NCBI GenBank assembly: GCA_963810095.1
Contig: CAWEMM010000009.1
Coordinates: 288,001-352,000, forward strand
Direction: 5' to 3'
Source: an uncultured Chloroflexia bacterium
GTDB lineage: Bacteria; Chloroflexota; Anaerolineae; CG2-30-64-16
Length of the DNA: 64,000 nt
The position numbers and the translations under genes were made by a program. Positions 26,843 to 39,575 of this stretch are shown piece after piece. The notes below the pieces were generated by a model. That model ran no database searches. It was not told the origin of the DNA and worked only from the letters and a program-made list of their open reading frames with translations. Within the stretch, counting starts at the first letter, position 1. The number at the start of each line of letters is the position of its first letter.

Positions 26843-28369
26843 CTATGCTCCCATCGCGGCGGCCAGGATCTTCTCTTCGGTCGCTTCTTCGCGGCTGAAC
26901 TCGGCGGCCAGGCGCCCTTCGTGCATGACGAGGATCCGGTCACTCATGCCCAGCAGTTCCGGCATCTCTGAGGAGACCATGATCACGGCCACGCCGCTTT
27001 GAACCAGGGTATTCATCAGGTTGTACACCTCGACCTTCGCGCCGACGTCAATGCCGCGGGTGGGTTCGTCGAAGATGAGGATCTTCGACCTGCTCGCCAG
27101 CCACTTGGCGAGCACCACTTTCTGTTGGTTTCCACCACTCAGGTACTGCACTTGCTGGTTCACGCTCGGGGTGGAGATGCGCAGTTTTTCCACAAACTCG
27201 CCGGCTTGCTTTCGCTCGTCTCCCCGGCGCAGAAACACCCTGCTCGTGAGCTTGTCCAGGCTTGCCATGCTCATGTTGTGCAGCACGGACAGCATGAGGA
27301 CAAGACCCTGCTGTTTGCGGTCCTCGGGCAGCAGCCCGACGCCGGCGCGGATCGCCTGCTGGGGCGAGCGCACGTCGATCTGCTTCCCAAAGATAAAGAC
27401 CTCGCCTGCGTCGATCGGGTCTGCGCCAAAGACGGCCCGCATGAGCTCGCTGCGGCCCGCTCCCACCAACCCCGCGATGCCCAGGATCTCGCCGGTGAAA
27501 GCATTGAAGGTGATGTCGTGCAACACACCGTCGCGCTTCAGACCCTCGACGCGCAGCGCCTCTTCTCCGCGCAGCGACTCCGCCTTCGGGTACTGCTGTT
27601 CGAGGTTGCGGCCCACCATCATGCGGATGATATCCTCTTTGGTCACAGCAGCCAGGTCGACCGTGTCGATGTACTCGCCGTCGCGCAGCACCGTTCCCCG
27701 ATCGCAAATCTCGAACACCTCTTCCAGGTGGTGGGAGATGAAGACGACGGAGACGCCGCGTGCCTTCAGCCGGCGGATGACGGTGAACAACTGGTTGATC
27801 TCGGTGTCGGTGAGCGCGCTGGTCGGTTCGTCCATGATGAGGAGCTTGGCGTCGAGCGAGAGGGCCTTGGCGATCTCGACCATCTGCTGCTGGGCCACGC
27901 CGAGACCCGCAACCGGGCGCCTGGGGTCGAGCGGCAGATGCACTTCGTCGAGGAGTTCTCTCGTCCGGCGACCCATCTCCTTCCAGTCGATCAGCTGGAG
28001 CGGCCGGTTGCGGTAGGGTTCGCGGCTGATCCAGACGTTCTCGGCAATGCTCAGCTGGGGAACGAGGTTGAACTCCTGGTAAATGATCCCGATGCCGAGT
28101 TTTTGGGCCTCGCGGGGGTTTGGGATCGTGATGGGATGGCCTTCCCAAAGGATTTCGCCGGCATCGCGGCTGTAGGCGCCCGAGAGGATTTTCATGAGCG
28201 TCGACTTGCCCGCGCCGTTCTCGCCCAAGAGCGCGTGGACTTCGCCTCTGCGGATTTCCATGCGCACGTTGTGCAACGCCCGCACGCCGGGGAAGCTCTT
28301 TGAGATGCCTTCGAGCCTGAGCAGGACGTCAACGCCGTCCGGCGCACCAGAATGTGTTGCCTCGGCCAC
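26843..28369 (-). CDS. Sugar ABC transporter ATP-binding protein (RbsA family)
   Basis: GENGAGKST, DEPTSAL, LSGGNQQK, DEPTRGIDVGAK. Confidence 0.95.
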   Translation of the reverse strand: MAEATHSGAPDGVDVLLRLEGISKSFPGVRALHNVRMEIRRGEVHALLGENGAGKSTLMKILSGAYSRDAGEILWEGHPITIPNPREAQKLGIGIIYQEFNLVPQLSIAENVWISREPYRNRPLQLIDWKEMGRRTRELLDEVHLPLDPRRPVAGLGVAQQQMVEIAKALSLDAKLLIMDEPTSALTDTEINQLFTVIRRLKARGVSVVFISHHLEEVFEICDRGTVLRDGEYIDTVDLAAVTKEDIIRMMVGRNLEQQYPKAESLRGEEALRVEGLKRDGVLHDITFNAFTGEILGIAGLVGAGRSELMRAVFGADPIDAGEVFIFGKQIDVRSPQQAIRAGVGLLPEDRKQQGLVLMLSVLHNMSMASLDKLTSRVFLRRGDERKQAGEFVEKLRISTPSVNQQVQYLSGGNQQKVVLAKWLASRSKILIFDEPTRGIDVGAKVEVYNLMNTLVQSGVAVIMVSSEMPELLGMSDRILVMHEGRLAAEFSREEATEEKILAAAMGA

Positions 28370-28448
28370 GTGCAGATTCCCGTCCTCTCGACGATCCCAC
28401 GCGAGCTAGAATAGACACTCATTTCGCGCGGCTGGACAACAAGGGATG

Positions 28449-28657
28449 AAATGGGACACTGATACGATGGACTGGTATCTATCTGAGAATGAGCTGGGGC
28501 CGGTCTCCGACCGTGCCCCGTCTGGGCCTGGGCGCCAGCAAAACTGGCGTACGAAACCGGCCAGAGCATTTTCAGATAGATTCCAAGACCGATCTACCCT
28601 GTGCTCCGTCGACAGATCAAGTGAACCAGTTGCATTAGTTCAATCAGTGTCCCATTT
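28449..28657. repeat. Composite nested palindromic element (AATGGGACAC-type outer arms)
   Basis: Outer AATGGGACACTGAT / ATCAGTGTCCCATT, inner TCTATCTGAGAATG / CATTTTCAGATAGA, plus a core motif shared with 36845-36875. Confidence 0.72.
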
Positions 28658-28703
28658 TGATCTGCGGCATCTGCGTCCTGTTACCATGCCGTCTGCCACA
28701 GTC

Positions 28704-29723
28704 TCATTCGATCTCGCTCAACTTCACCGGGCGCCCTTCCCGGTGCGATTTCCAGGCTGCCAGCCCCATCACAACGGGCGCACGGGCGTCTGTGCCGCTC
28801 ACAGCGACGGGGCGGTCTTGCAGCACCGCGTCCACGAACGCGAGCACTTCCGTAGCAAAGCTCTCGGTGTAGCGGTCCATGAAGAAGTTCAGCGGCAGGT
28901 CGCGGCGTACGCTCGTCGCATCGCTTAACACCGCCGCGTTCGGGTAGTTGTTGGCGGTCGCAATGCTGCCCTTGCTGCCCAAGCACCTCGACCCGCTGGT
29001 CGTATCCGTAGGCCGCGCGCCGGCAGTTGTCGATCGTGCCGATAACGCCGTTGGCAAACTTCAGCATGATGACTGCCGTGTCCACGTCGCCCGCTTCGCC
29101 GATGGCCGGATCGACGGTGACGGCGGCCTGAGCGTAGACCTCTTCGACCTCGGACCCCACCAGGAACCGGGCCATGTCGAAGTCGTGGATCGTCATGTCC
29201 AGGAACATGCCGCCCGACACCTTGACGTACGCGATCGGCGGCGGCCCGGGATCGCGGCTGATGATGTGCAGCAGGGCCGGTTGCCCGATTTCGTCGCACT
29301 CGATCGCCTGCCGCACCCGGGCAAAGTTCGCATCGAAGCGGCGGTTGAAGCCTACCTGCAGCTTGACGCCGGCCTGTTCCACCACGGCCAGGGTCCGGTC
29401 GATCTGTTCCAGGTCGAGCGCGATCGGCTTCTCGCAGAAGACGTGCTTGCCTGCGCGCGCCGCTTCCTCGATGAACTGCGCGTGCGTGTTGGTCGGCGAG
29501 CAGATGAAGACCGCGCCTGATCTCCGGGATTCGCCAGCACCTCCCGGTAGTCGGCCGTGGCCTCCGGAATGCAGTGCTGCTCGGCCAGTTCCTGCGCCGC
29601 AGCGAGATCCACGTCCGCGACGGCCAGCAGTCGGGCACTGGGCGCCCGGTAGGCCACGGTCGCCGCGTGCACCTTGCCGATCCGCCCGGCGCCTATGATA
29701 CCAATATTCAACAAATCTGTCAC
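28704..29723 (-). CDS. iolG: myo-Inositol 2-dehydrogenase (frameshifts near 29520 and 28975)
   Basis: GIIGAGRIG, FCEKP, GFNRRFD, SRDP, SGGMFLDMTIHDFDMARF, YGYDQRVEV, FFMDRY. Confidence 0.9.
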
Positions 29724-29757
29724 GAGTCTCCTCCTTGAGTTGCTCAGCCCGACCGGG

Positions 29758-30688
29758 CTACAGCCCTATCGTGCGCAGATACTCCCGGTTGCGTGCAGCG
29801 CTTGCCTTTGGCGAGCCCATGCCCGGCAGCACATCCTGCTCCACGATCCCCCACTTCAGCTCGGGACGCGTATCCAGCCAGCGCGGCCACGGCTGGGAAG
29901 TCGACGCACCCTTGGCCCAGCTCGCAGAACACGCCGTTCCCCACCGACTGGAAGTAGTCCCAGCCTTCGCCGCGTGCCCGCGCGGCCACTTCGGGGTGGC
30001 AGTCCTTGAAGTGGATGTACCGGATCCGGTCCGCGAAGCGTTCAGCCCATCGACCACGCCCCGCGCAGCCGCCGGCGCCGAAGGCGTAGTGGCCGGTGTC
30101 GAAGACGAGGCCGAGCAAGTCGGGATCGGTCAGGTCCATCAGCCGGGCGATCTCGTCCGGCGTTTCGACGTAGCCCGCGCAGTGGTGGTGGAAAACGGTG
30201 CGCAGGCCGGTCTCGTCGCGCACGGCCTGCGCCACTTGTGCTGCGCCGCGTAGCGAAGATCCGCCACTCCGCGTCGCTCAAGCCCCATCTCCGGCGTGAT
30301 CCGGCCGGCGTTCTTCGTCCGCACGGGGTCGCTGCCGTTGTTGTCGGCAAGCACCAGGAAGGGCAGGTACATGGCGTGGTCCTGTCGGCGGTCGCGCGCA
30401 AGCAGCCGCGCGACCTTCAGGGCCGATTCGACCCCTGCCGCGTGCGCATCCGCATCCTTCAGCGCCACTGGCACGAACGCGCCGAGCATGCGTCAGGCGG
30501 CGGCTGTTGAGCTCCGCGGCCAGCTGGTCGGGGTCGGTGGGCATGAAGCCCCAGTCGCCCAGCTCCGTCCCGGCGTAGCCCGTTTCAGCCAGCTCGTTCA
30601 GCACCTGCGTGTATCCGGCCGCCTTGCCGTCCAGGTCGAACTCGAGCGCGCCCCACGAACACGGGGCATTGCCAATCTTGATAGGCAT
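29758..30688 (-). CDS. iolE: myo-Inosose-2 dehydratase (several frameshifts)
   Basis: [49 protein letters not shown]. Confidence 0.82.
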
Positions 30689-30753
30689 AATCCTTCCCTC
30701 CGACACAGCCGCCAGCGAATGCCGGCGATAAACCAGGTTTCTCCTGGATGCTC

Positions 30754-32236
30754 CTAGAACTTCCGCGACCACTCGTCGAGCCAGCGCTCGACGACGACCT
30801 TCGTCTGGGTGAAGAACTCCACCGCGTGCTTGCCCTGCGCGTGCAGCGTGCCGAAGAAGCTGTTCTTCCAGCCGCTGAAGGGGAAGAAGGCCATGGGCGC
30901 GGCCACGCCGATGTTGATGCCGATGTTGCCCGCGTCGGCCTCGTAGCGGAACTTGCGCGCGGCCGAGCCGCTGCTGGTGAAGACGCAGGCCATGTTGCCG
31001 TACTCGCCGCTGTTGACCAGCTGGATCGCCTCCTCGACCGTGTCCACGTGCATCATGCCGAGCACCGGCCCGAACACCTCCGTCCGGGCGATCGTGCTGC
31101 CGGGGGCGACGCCCTGCAGGATGGTCGGCCGGAGGAAGTTGCCGTGCTTCGTAACGCTCGACGTGCTCGCGCGGCGTCCATCCACGAGCACGGCCGCGCC
31201 TTCCGTCACGCCCTGGTCGATCAGCCCCTCGATGCGCGCCTTGCTCTGCGGCGTGATGACCGGGCCCATCTGGACGCCCGGCTCCAGGCCGTAGCCGACG
31301 ACCCGGCTTGTAGCGGCTTCTGCCAGCACGGGCGTGAAGATCTTGTCTGCGCCGCCCACCGTGACCGCCAGCGAGGCGGCCAGGCAGCGCTGGCCCGCGT
31401 TGCCGAACGCGCTGTCGGAGACGATGCTCGTGGTCAGGCTCGACGTCGGCGTCGGGCAGGATGATCAGCGGGTTCTTGGCGCCGCCCTGCGCCTGCACCC
31501 GCTTGCCGTTGGCCGAGGCCCGGCTGTAGATGTGCCGCGCCACGGGCGTCGACCCGACGAAGGTCACCGCGGAGATGGCCGGGTGGTCGAGCAGTGCGTT
31601 GACCGTGTCGGCCCCGCCGTTGACCAGGTTGACGACGCCCTCGGGGAAGCCGACCTGTGTCGAGCAGACCGGAACACCTTCTGCATGCGTGAGCGGGCAG
31701 CGCTCCGACGGCTTGACAATGACGGTGTTGCCGCAGGCGAGCGCATAGGGCAGGTACCAGAAGGGGATCATGCCCGGGAAGTTGAACGGGCAGATGATCG
31801 CGGCCACGCCCACCGGCTGCCGGATCATGTACTCGTCCACGCCCCGCGCCACGTCCTCGGAAAAGTCGCCCAGCATCATCATGGGGATGCCGCAGGCCAC
31901 CTCCACGTTCTCGATCGCCCGGCGCATCTCGCCGCGGGCGTCGTCGAGCGTCTTGCCGTTCTCCATCACGATCGTGCGCGACAGGTCCTCGAAGTTCTCC
32001 TCGAGCAGTGCCTTCAGCTTGAAGAGATACTGGATGCGGCTGGGCGCGGGCACCCGCCGCCAGCCAGGGAAGGCTGCGAGCGCAGCCGTCGCCGCCTCGT
32101 CCACCTCGGCCGCAGTCGACAGCGGCGTTAGCGCCATCACTTCGGCCGTTGCAGGATTCGTCACCTCGACGGCATCGCCGGCCGCGGCAGACTCGCGCCA
32201 TCCGCCATTGACATAATTCCTAAGTCGTTCGGCCAT
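30754..32236 (-). CDS. iolA: CoA-acylating (methyl)malonate-semialdehyde dehydrogenase (frameshifted)
   Basis: [48 protein letters not shown]. Confidence 0.9.
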
Positions 32237-32258
32237 TGTTCGTCTCCCACTGGACATG

Positions 32259-32289
32259 GACCTCCGAGGTTTCGAAAACCTCGGAGGTC
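32259..32289. repeat. GACCT..AGGTC palindrome between iolD and iolA
   Basis: GACCTCCGAGGTTTCGAAAACCTCGGAGGTC. Confidence 0.8.
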
Positions 32290-32301
32290 TCTCTTGTCGC
32301 C

Positions 32302-34209
<1,908 letters not shown>

Positions 34210-34244
34210 GAGCTATCCTCCTTGATCACTTGCCATGCGTCGCT

Positions 34245-34288
34245 GACGGAATAGGACACTGATTGTACTGACTGCGTCCTATTCCGTC
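34245..34288. repeat. Short AATAGGACAC-type palindrome overlapping the iolB stop
   Basis: GACGGAATAGGACAC / GCGTCCTATTCCGTC; same family as 2902, 9381, 28449, 43838. Confidence 0.65.
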
Positions 34289-35184
34289 CTCGCGACCGGA
34301 TAAATCGGCACGCGCGGGTCGAGTCCGTGGTACGAATCCTTGACCCAAGCGAAGTCGGGGTCATCCTTGGCGGCCAGGCTCTGCGCCGAGCCGGCGAGCA
34401 CGTTAAGGTAGTAGGTGGTGTAGCCCACCGGGCTCGAGACCGGGTGGTAGCCCTCGGGAATCAGGACCACGTCGTCGTTGCGGGCAATGACCGCGGCGTC
34501 GATGGGGAAGCCGGCCGCGTGCAGCGGCGATTCGGCATCCGTGTAAATGCGCTGGAGCGCATACCCTTCCGGCCGGTCGATCTTGTAGTAATAGATCTCG
34601 TCCAGGTCGGCCTGCAGCAGGCTCCCGTCCGGTTTGGCGGTGTGAACGTCGTGCTTGTGGGGGGGATAGCTCGACCAGTTGCCGCCCGGGGTGTAGACCT
34701 CGACGACCACGAGCCGCTGGCAGGGGAAGCCGGGAGGGATCATGCGGTTGATCTGCCGGGTGGCATGGTCGCCGCCGCGGATTTCCACCGTCACGTCTTC
34801 CGGCGCGACCAACCGGGGCTCGAACTCCTCGCTCGCCGGGACCCAGGCCACGCCAAACTCCGCGCTGCGATCGGCTTTGACGGTGAACCTCGTCCCGGTC
34901 GGCAAATACAGTGCGTGCGGGAGCCCGGCGAACACGTTCGCGCGCCGGCCCAGCCCTGCCCATTCGCCGCGATTGGACGACACGCTGACCGTGCCCCCGA
35001 GCACGACCAGGGCGAGTTCGTTCGTGCCTGTTTCCAACTCCCACGTCTGCCCCGGCGCCAGCCGGCGCGCCTGGAAATTGATCGTGTCCCAGCCGGCGGC
35101 CTGTGGCGTCACCGCGACGATTAGGTTGGGGTCGGGGCCGAACGACGGGTGTACGACCAGGTTTTCAGCGTCGTATTGTCGCAT
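34279..35184 (-). CDS. iolB: 5-deoxy-glucuronate isomerase
   Basis: EVYTPGGNWSSYPPHKHD, EIYYY, GYHP, YYLNVLAG; GGAGG RBS. Confidence 0.94.
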   Translation of the reverse strand: MRQYDAENLVVHPSFGPDPNLIVAVTPQAAGWDTINFQARRLAPGQTWELETGTNELALVVLGGTVSVSSNRGEWAGLGRRANVFAGLPHALYLPTGTRFTVKADRSAEFGVAWVPASEEFEPRLVAPEDVTVEIRGGDHATRQINRMIPPGFPCQRLVVVEVYTPGGNWSSYPPHKHDVHTAKPDGSLLQADLDEIYYYKIDRPEGYALQRIYTDAESPLHAAGFPIDAAVIARNDDVVLIPEGYHPVSSPVGYTTYYLNVLAGSAQSLAAKDDPDFAWVKDSYHGLDPRVPIYPVARTE

Positions 35185-35284
35185 TCTGCAGCACCTCCAC
35201 CACAGTGCACCCCGAAAGTCGAAGGCCACCCCACCGAGCCACTGGGGCACACGCGGCGGCTCGGAGAGCTCAGCCGCAGGCCTT

Positions 35285-36229
35285 CTAGGATGGGTCGGGG
35301 ACCACCGGCGCAATCCAGAGCGCCGCCAGGCGATCCGCAAGATCGGCGAAGCGACCCGCATCCCAGGCGTTTCCGCTCCCGACAGGCCATTGGCCCCCCA
35401 GGGCCGCCCGCCAACGCGATGGGATCGCGGCTAAGCCGTAGGCGGCGCCGGCCAGCGCCCCGGCAACACTGGCCGCGGTATCGGCATCGTTCCCGAGGTT
35501 CGCGACCTGGACGACGGCCTCCTCAAAAGAGTTCGTCGTGAGCAGGCCCCACACCGCGCTCTCGAGCGTGTGGCGAACCCAGCCCGTGTTCTTGAGTTCG
35601 TCGCGCGTCCTCGTGGGAGCGGCTTCGACCATGGACCGCACGGCATCGGGCAGCTCGACATCCTGGCCGGCCCTCGCCACGGCCTCGCCGGGCAGCGCGC
35701 CTTGCAAGAGGTGGAAGATCGTAATGTTGATAAAGGCAGACCCGGCCACGCAGTCGACGTGCGGGTGGGTGATGCGGCCCTGTAACTCGCTTGCTTCGAG
35801 CAGGCCCTGCTGGTTGCGGTGGTACGCAAGCGCAACCGGCCAGCAGCGCATCACCGACCCGTTACCGGCCGAGTTCGGCCGGCTCGCCTGGACGGCCTCG
35901 GCCGCCGCCCGCCATCGCTCGCCCGCCTCGATCCTGCGCAATGCGCTGCTCGTCTGAATGCCGACATCGCTCGGCCCTGTCCGGTACCACGCGACGAAAT
36001 GGCCGGCCAGGTTATCCGGGTCCAGCGGATAGCGTTCGAGCAGGCTGTCGGCAAGCGCCAAAGCCATTTCCGTGTCGTCCGTGAACGAACCGGCAGGAAT
36101 CCGCCCGGGCTGCATCTCCCGGACCAGTCGGTCGCTCGGGACCCGCTCCTTGAACTCAAGCGGCATGCCCAACGCGTCGCCGATGGCCGCGCCCACCGCG
36201 ACCCCGCGTAACCTATCCTCTAGCTCCAA
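35285..36229 (-). CDS. ADP-ribosylglycohydrolase family protein
   Basis: AIGDALGMPLEF, TDDT, GNGSVMR, DADT..AGALAGA.YG. Confidence 0.92.
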   Translation of the reverse strand: MELEDRLRGVAVGAAIGDALGMPLEFKERVPSDRLVREMQPGRIPAGSFTDDTEMALALADSLLERYPLDPDNLAGHFVAWYRTGPSDVGIQTSSALRRIEAGERWRAAAEAVQASRPNSAGNGSVMRCWPVALAYHRNQQGLLEASELQGRITHPHVDCVAGSAFINITIFHLLQGALPGEAVARAGQDVELPDAVRSMVEAAPTRTRDELKNTGWVRHTLESAVWGLLTTNSFEEAVVQVANLGNDADTAASVAGALAGAAYGLAAIPSRWRAALGGQWPVGSGNAWDAGRFADLADRLAALWIAPVVPDPS

Positions 36230-36259
36230 CGGTCGCCTCCGTCGAACGACACGGCATAC

Positions 36260-36758
36260 TTATGGTACGCTGTTGGCGGGAGCTTGCCCGAACGCCTGCA
36301 ACTCTGCCTGGATGTCGCGGCCGAGCTCCATCAGGTGCATCGCGTGCGCCTGCAGCGCCCGGTCTTCCTCAGTGTCGGGTTCCCACTTGGGGACGGACGT
36401 CGGCCGCCCCTCGGCGTCGATGGCCACGTAGACCATCAGGCAACTTGTGGTTTGCTCGTATTCGCCCTGGCGGGGGTCACGCGAGCAGACGCGGACCGCG
36501 ATGTGCATGCTGGTGCGGCCGGTATAGACCAGCCGCGCCGCGCAGCTCGACGATGTGCCCCAGGGTGACCGGCTTGTGGAAGGTGATGCCGCTGACCGAG
36601 ACCGTGACGCACGGCAGGCCGCACCAGCCCGCCGCGCACGCGTACGCGGCCTCGTCCATCCACTTCATCATGATGCCGCCGTGGACGTTGCCGTATAGGT
36701 TCCGGTCCGCCGAACCGGCGAGGAACCGCATCGTGAATTCGCGATCTTTGCCTGGCAT
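36260..36758 (-). CDS. Acyl-CoA thioesterase (hotdog fold), frameshift near 36535
   Basis: NLYGNVHGG..MKWMDEAA, VTVSV, MVYVAIDAEGRP. Confidence 0.85.
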
Positions 36759-36844
36759 GGCCACCCTCCGCTGGCAGATTGCTGCAGCCGATTATACAAC
36801 GTAGCCGCCGTTTGCGCTTCGCCCTCTGGCGCGCCGGGCCGGAG

Positions 36845-36875
36845 GGGGCACGGTCAGAGACCGCCGCCAGCTCAT
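36845..36875 (-). repeat. GAGCTGG..CGGTCTCYGACCGTGCCCC motif
   Basis: Reverse complement matches 28489-28519 at about 28 of 31 positions. Confidence 0.65.
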
Positions 36876-36883
36876 GCCCGTTA

Positions 36884-37759
36884 TCAAGCTCGCACGACGA
36901 CCGGATTTTCCAACGTCCCTACTCTCTCGATCTCCACCCGCACGACGTCCCCATTTCGCAGCCAACGCTGCGGCGTCCGCGCCATCCCCACCCCTGAGGG
37001 CGTGCCGGTGGCGATCACGTCCCCCGGCTCCAGCGTCATGACAAGACTCATGTCGGCAATCAGGTGTGCGACGCTGAAGATCATCAGGCTGGTGTGCCCC
37101 CGCTGCAGCACTTCGCCGCTGACCACTGTGCGGAGCACGAGGTTCTGCACATCGGGCACCTCGTCGGCCGTCACCAGGGCCGGCCCCATCGGGCAGAAGG
37201 TGTCGGGCGTTTTGCCCAGCGTCCACTGGCTGGTTCGCATCTGCCAGTCGCGCGCGCTGACGTCGTTCAGGGGCAGGTATCCTGCGACGAACGACAGGGC
37301 GTCTGCCTCTGGTATTTCGCGCCCGCGCCGGCCAATGACCACCCCGAGCTCGCCCTCAAAATCAGGCTGCTTGACTGCGGGGGGAACCACGATGGCCTCC
37401 CCGTGCCCGATCACCGCGTTTGCATACTTGGCGAAGATGATGGGAAAGGGCGGGGCCTCACTGCCGGTCTCGTTCGCGTGGTCGAGGTAGTTCTTGCCGA
37501 TGCAGATGATCTTCCCGGGACGCGCGATAGGCGCCATGAGGGTAACTGCCCCGGCGTCCAGCCCGGCTGAGGGTGCGGCAGAGGCGAGCGCCTGACGTGC
37601 GAGCGCCAGCGCGTCGGGGCCGGCTGCCAGGAAGGCGAGCATGTCGCTCGGAAGGGCAGGATCGAGCCGGTTGAGGTCGAAGATCCTTTCGCCGTCCCCG
37701 TCCCGGACCAGCGCGCCCAGGCGGATGGCATCATTGTGAACGAAGGTGACAAGCTTCAT
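36884..37759 (-). CDS. Fumarylacetoacetate hydrolase family protein
   Basis: KIICIGKNY..H, DFEGEL, NDVSARD, GKTPDTFCPMGP, TLEPGDVIATGTPSG. Confidence 0.92.
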   Translation of the reverse strand: MKLVTFVHNDAIRLGALVRDGDGERIFDLNRLDPALPSDMLAFLAAGPDALALARQALASAAPSAGLDAGAVTLMAPIARPGKIICIGKNYLDHANETGSEAPPFPIIFAKYANAVIGHGEAIVVPPAVKQPDFEGELGVVIGRRGREIPEADALSFVAGYLPLNDVSARDWQMRTSQWTLGKTPDTFCPMGPALVTADEVPDVQNLVLRTVVSGEVLQRGHTSLMIFSVAHLIADMSLVMTLEPGDVIATGTPSGVGMARTPQRWLRNGDVVRVEIERVGTLENPVVVRA

Positions 37760-38072
37760 GGGGTTTGTGCTCCGCAGGTTGATCTGAAAGAGAACGCTGA
37801 TAAAGCTCGGCGGTCGCTGGTCCGGGCGCCGGGAAGCGACCGGATAGGCTGAAGTAGTATAGCACATGCGCCGGCCGGCACATGCCCACGTGGAGGGCCC
37901 AAAGGTCCGTTCGCTCGCCCCGGCGACCTCGTGTTTGGCCCTCCCGGCATGGTCTGCGCACTCGATGCCGCGGCGTCAGGCAGCGCGGCAGCTCCCGCTT
38001 TTGCTTCGGGTGTAGTATGCTGTAAGTCACATAACGACAAAGGGACCGGGGACGTAGCGAAAGGAGAGTGTG

Positions 38073-39170
38073 ATGGACACGTTTCGGAGTATTCTGAGCC
38101 GGTTGAACTGGATGCAGCGGTACCTCTTAGAGGAATACGTTGAGGATTACCAGGAAGGGGCATTGACGCGCCGCGAAGCGCTGAAGTACCTCACTGCCGT
38201 GCTCGGCACTGCGGCAGCGGCTGCGACCGTGCTGACAGCCTGCACGCCTGAAGCGGCGCCGGCGGGCACCGCTGAAGCCACGGCGGCAGGGGTTGGCGGA
38301 TCGGGAACCGCACGTGCGGTAGCAACGGCGCCCCGCGCCACCCGCGCACCGGGGCCGACGCCCGAGGAGACCCGGGCCGCAGCCACGGCCGCCGTCATTG
38401 CGACGACGGACACCTCGGCCGCGCCTACGCCAACCCCCGCGCCCGCCGGAGTCAGTGTTCCGGCAGACGATGCCGGCCTCGACGCCCGCGATCTGACTTT
38501 TTCCGGCTCCGGCCTAGAACTCAGCGCGTACCTCGCAAAGCCAAAGGGCGTCGGGCCATTCCCCGCGATCCTCGTGTGCCATGAGAATCGCGGATTGACC
38601 GACCACATTAAGGATGTGACGCGCAGGCTGACGCGAGCCGGATACGTGGGCCTGGCGGTCGACCTGCTCTCATCCGAGGGCGGCACGGACAAGGTGAGCG
38701 ATCCGGCGCAAATCCCGGGCATCCTGAGCGGCACCCCGCCCGACGAGCTCGCAGGCTATTTCCTGAGCGCCATCGCATATTTGCAGGCACAGCCTTTCGT
38801 CCGAAAGGACCAGCTGGGCATGGTCGGCTTCTGTTTCGGCGGGGGCATGACCTGGCTGGTGGCGACCAAGGCGCCCGAACTGAAGGCCGCGGTGCCCTTC
38901 TACGGTCCCAATCCCCCGCTGGAGGCCGTTCCCAATATTCGAGCCGCAGTTCTGGCGATGTACGGAGAGAACGACCAGCGGATCAACGCAGGCATCCCGG
39001 CGATCGAGGAAGCGATGCGCAAGAACGGGAAGGTGTTCGAGAAGGTGATCTATCCAGGTGCAAGCCACGCCTTCCATAACGACACCGGCCGCAACTACGA
39101 CCCGAAGGCGGCCGTCGATGCCTGGGCCCGCACGCTGGCTTGGTTCGATAAGTACGTGAAGCGCACTTAG
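38073..39170 (+). CDS. Dienelactone hydrolase family protein (YghX-like), putative Tat lipoprotein
   Basis: TRREALK..LTAC, low-complexity linker, HENRGL, GFCFGGG, HAFHNDT. Confidence 0.88.
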   Translation: MDTFRSILSRLNWMQRYLLEEYVEDYQEGALTRREALKYLTAVLGTAAAAATVLTACTPEAAPAGTAEATAAGVGGSGTARAVATAPRATRAPGPTPEETRAAATAAVIATTDTSAAPTPTPAPAGVSVPADDAGLDARDLTFSGSGLELSAYLAKPKGVGPFPAILVCHENRGLTDHIKDVTRRLTRAGYVGLAVDLLSSEGGTDKVSDPAQIPGILSGTPPDELAGYFLSAIAYLQAQPFVRKDQLGMVGFCFGGGMTWLVATKAPELKAAVPFYGPNPPLEAVPNIRAAVLAMYGENDQRINAGIPAIEEAMRKNGKVFEKVIYPGASHAFHNDTGRNYDPKAAVDAWARTLAWFDKYVKRT

Positions 39171-39177
39171 CGCGCCG

Positions 39178-39217
39178 GCGGGCACGGATACGGCGCAGCT
39201 TCTGTGTCCGTGCCCGC
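39178..39217 (+). terminator. Stem-loop after dienelactone hydrolase gene
   Basis: GCGGGCACGGATAC / GTGTCCGTGCCCGC just after the stop; weak U tract. Confidence 0.5.
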
Positions 39218-39279
39218 TTCTCAGCCCGGGGCCAACCGCCTTCTTCGGCGCGGCGCCTCCCTCTCTTGTAAACTCCCAC

Positions 39280-39308
39280 TTGACACGATAGTCATTCCGT
39301 AATATAAA
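39280..39308 (+). promoter_or_regulatory. Sigma70-type promoter heading the 39.6-61.6 kb cluster
   Basis: TTGACA-17 nt-TATAAA. Confidence 0.7.
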
Positions 39309-39575
39309 AGGCATGATCGTCCGCCTTGTGCGACGACGCTATGCCAACCACGAACCACGAACGAGAGACCGACTAAGCCATGCCCGCGGGTTGCGGACGC
39401 GGCGCCGTAGATGGCTGCGCTCGCGTCGCGGGCGCACGGCGGCCTTACCGGCGCCGAAACTGGCGTGGCCTGCTGCTGAAAATGCCCCACGTATCGCGGG
39501 GTCGTCAGCGGCGCCATCAGTGCCGGCAGTACGGGGCGGATGCCTTCGCAACCGGGCCATTCCGAGGGAGGTACC

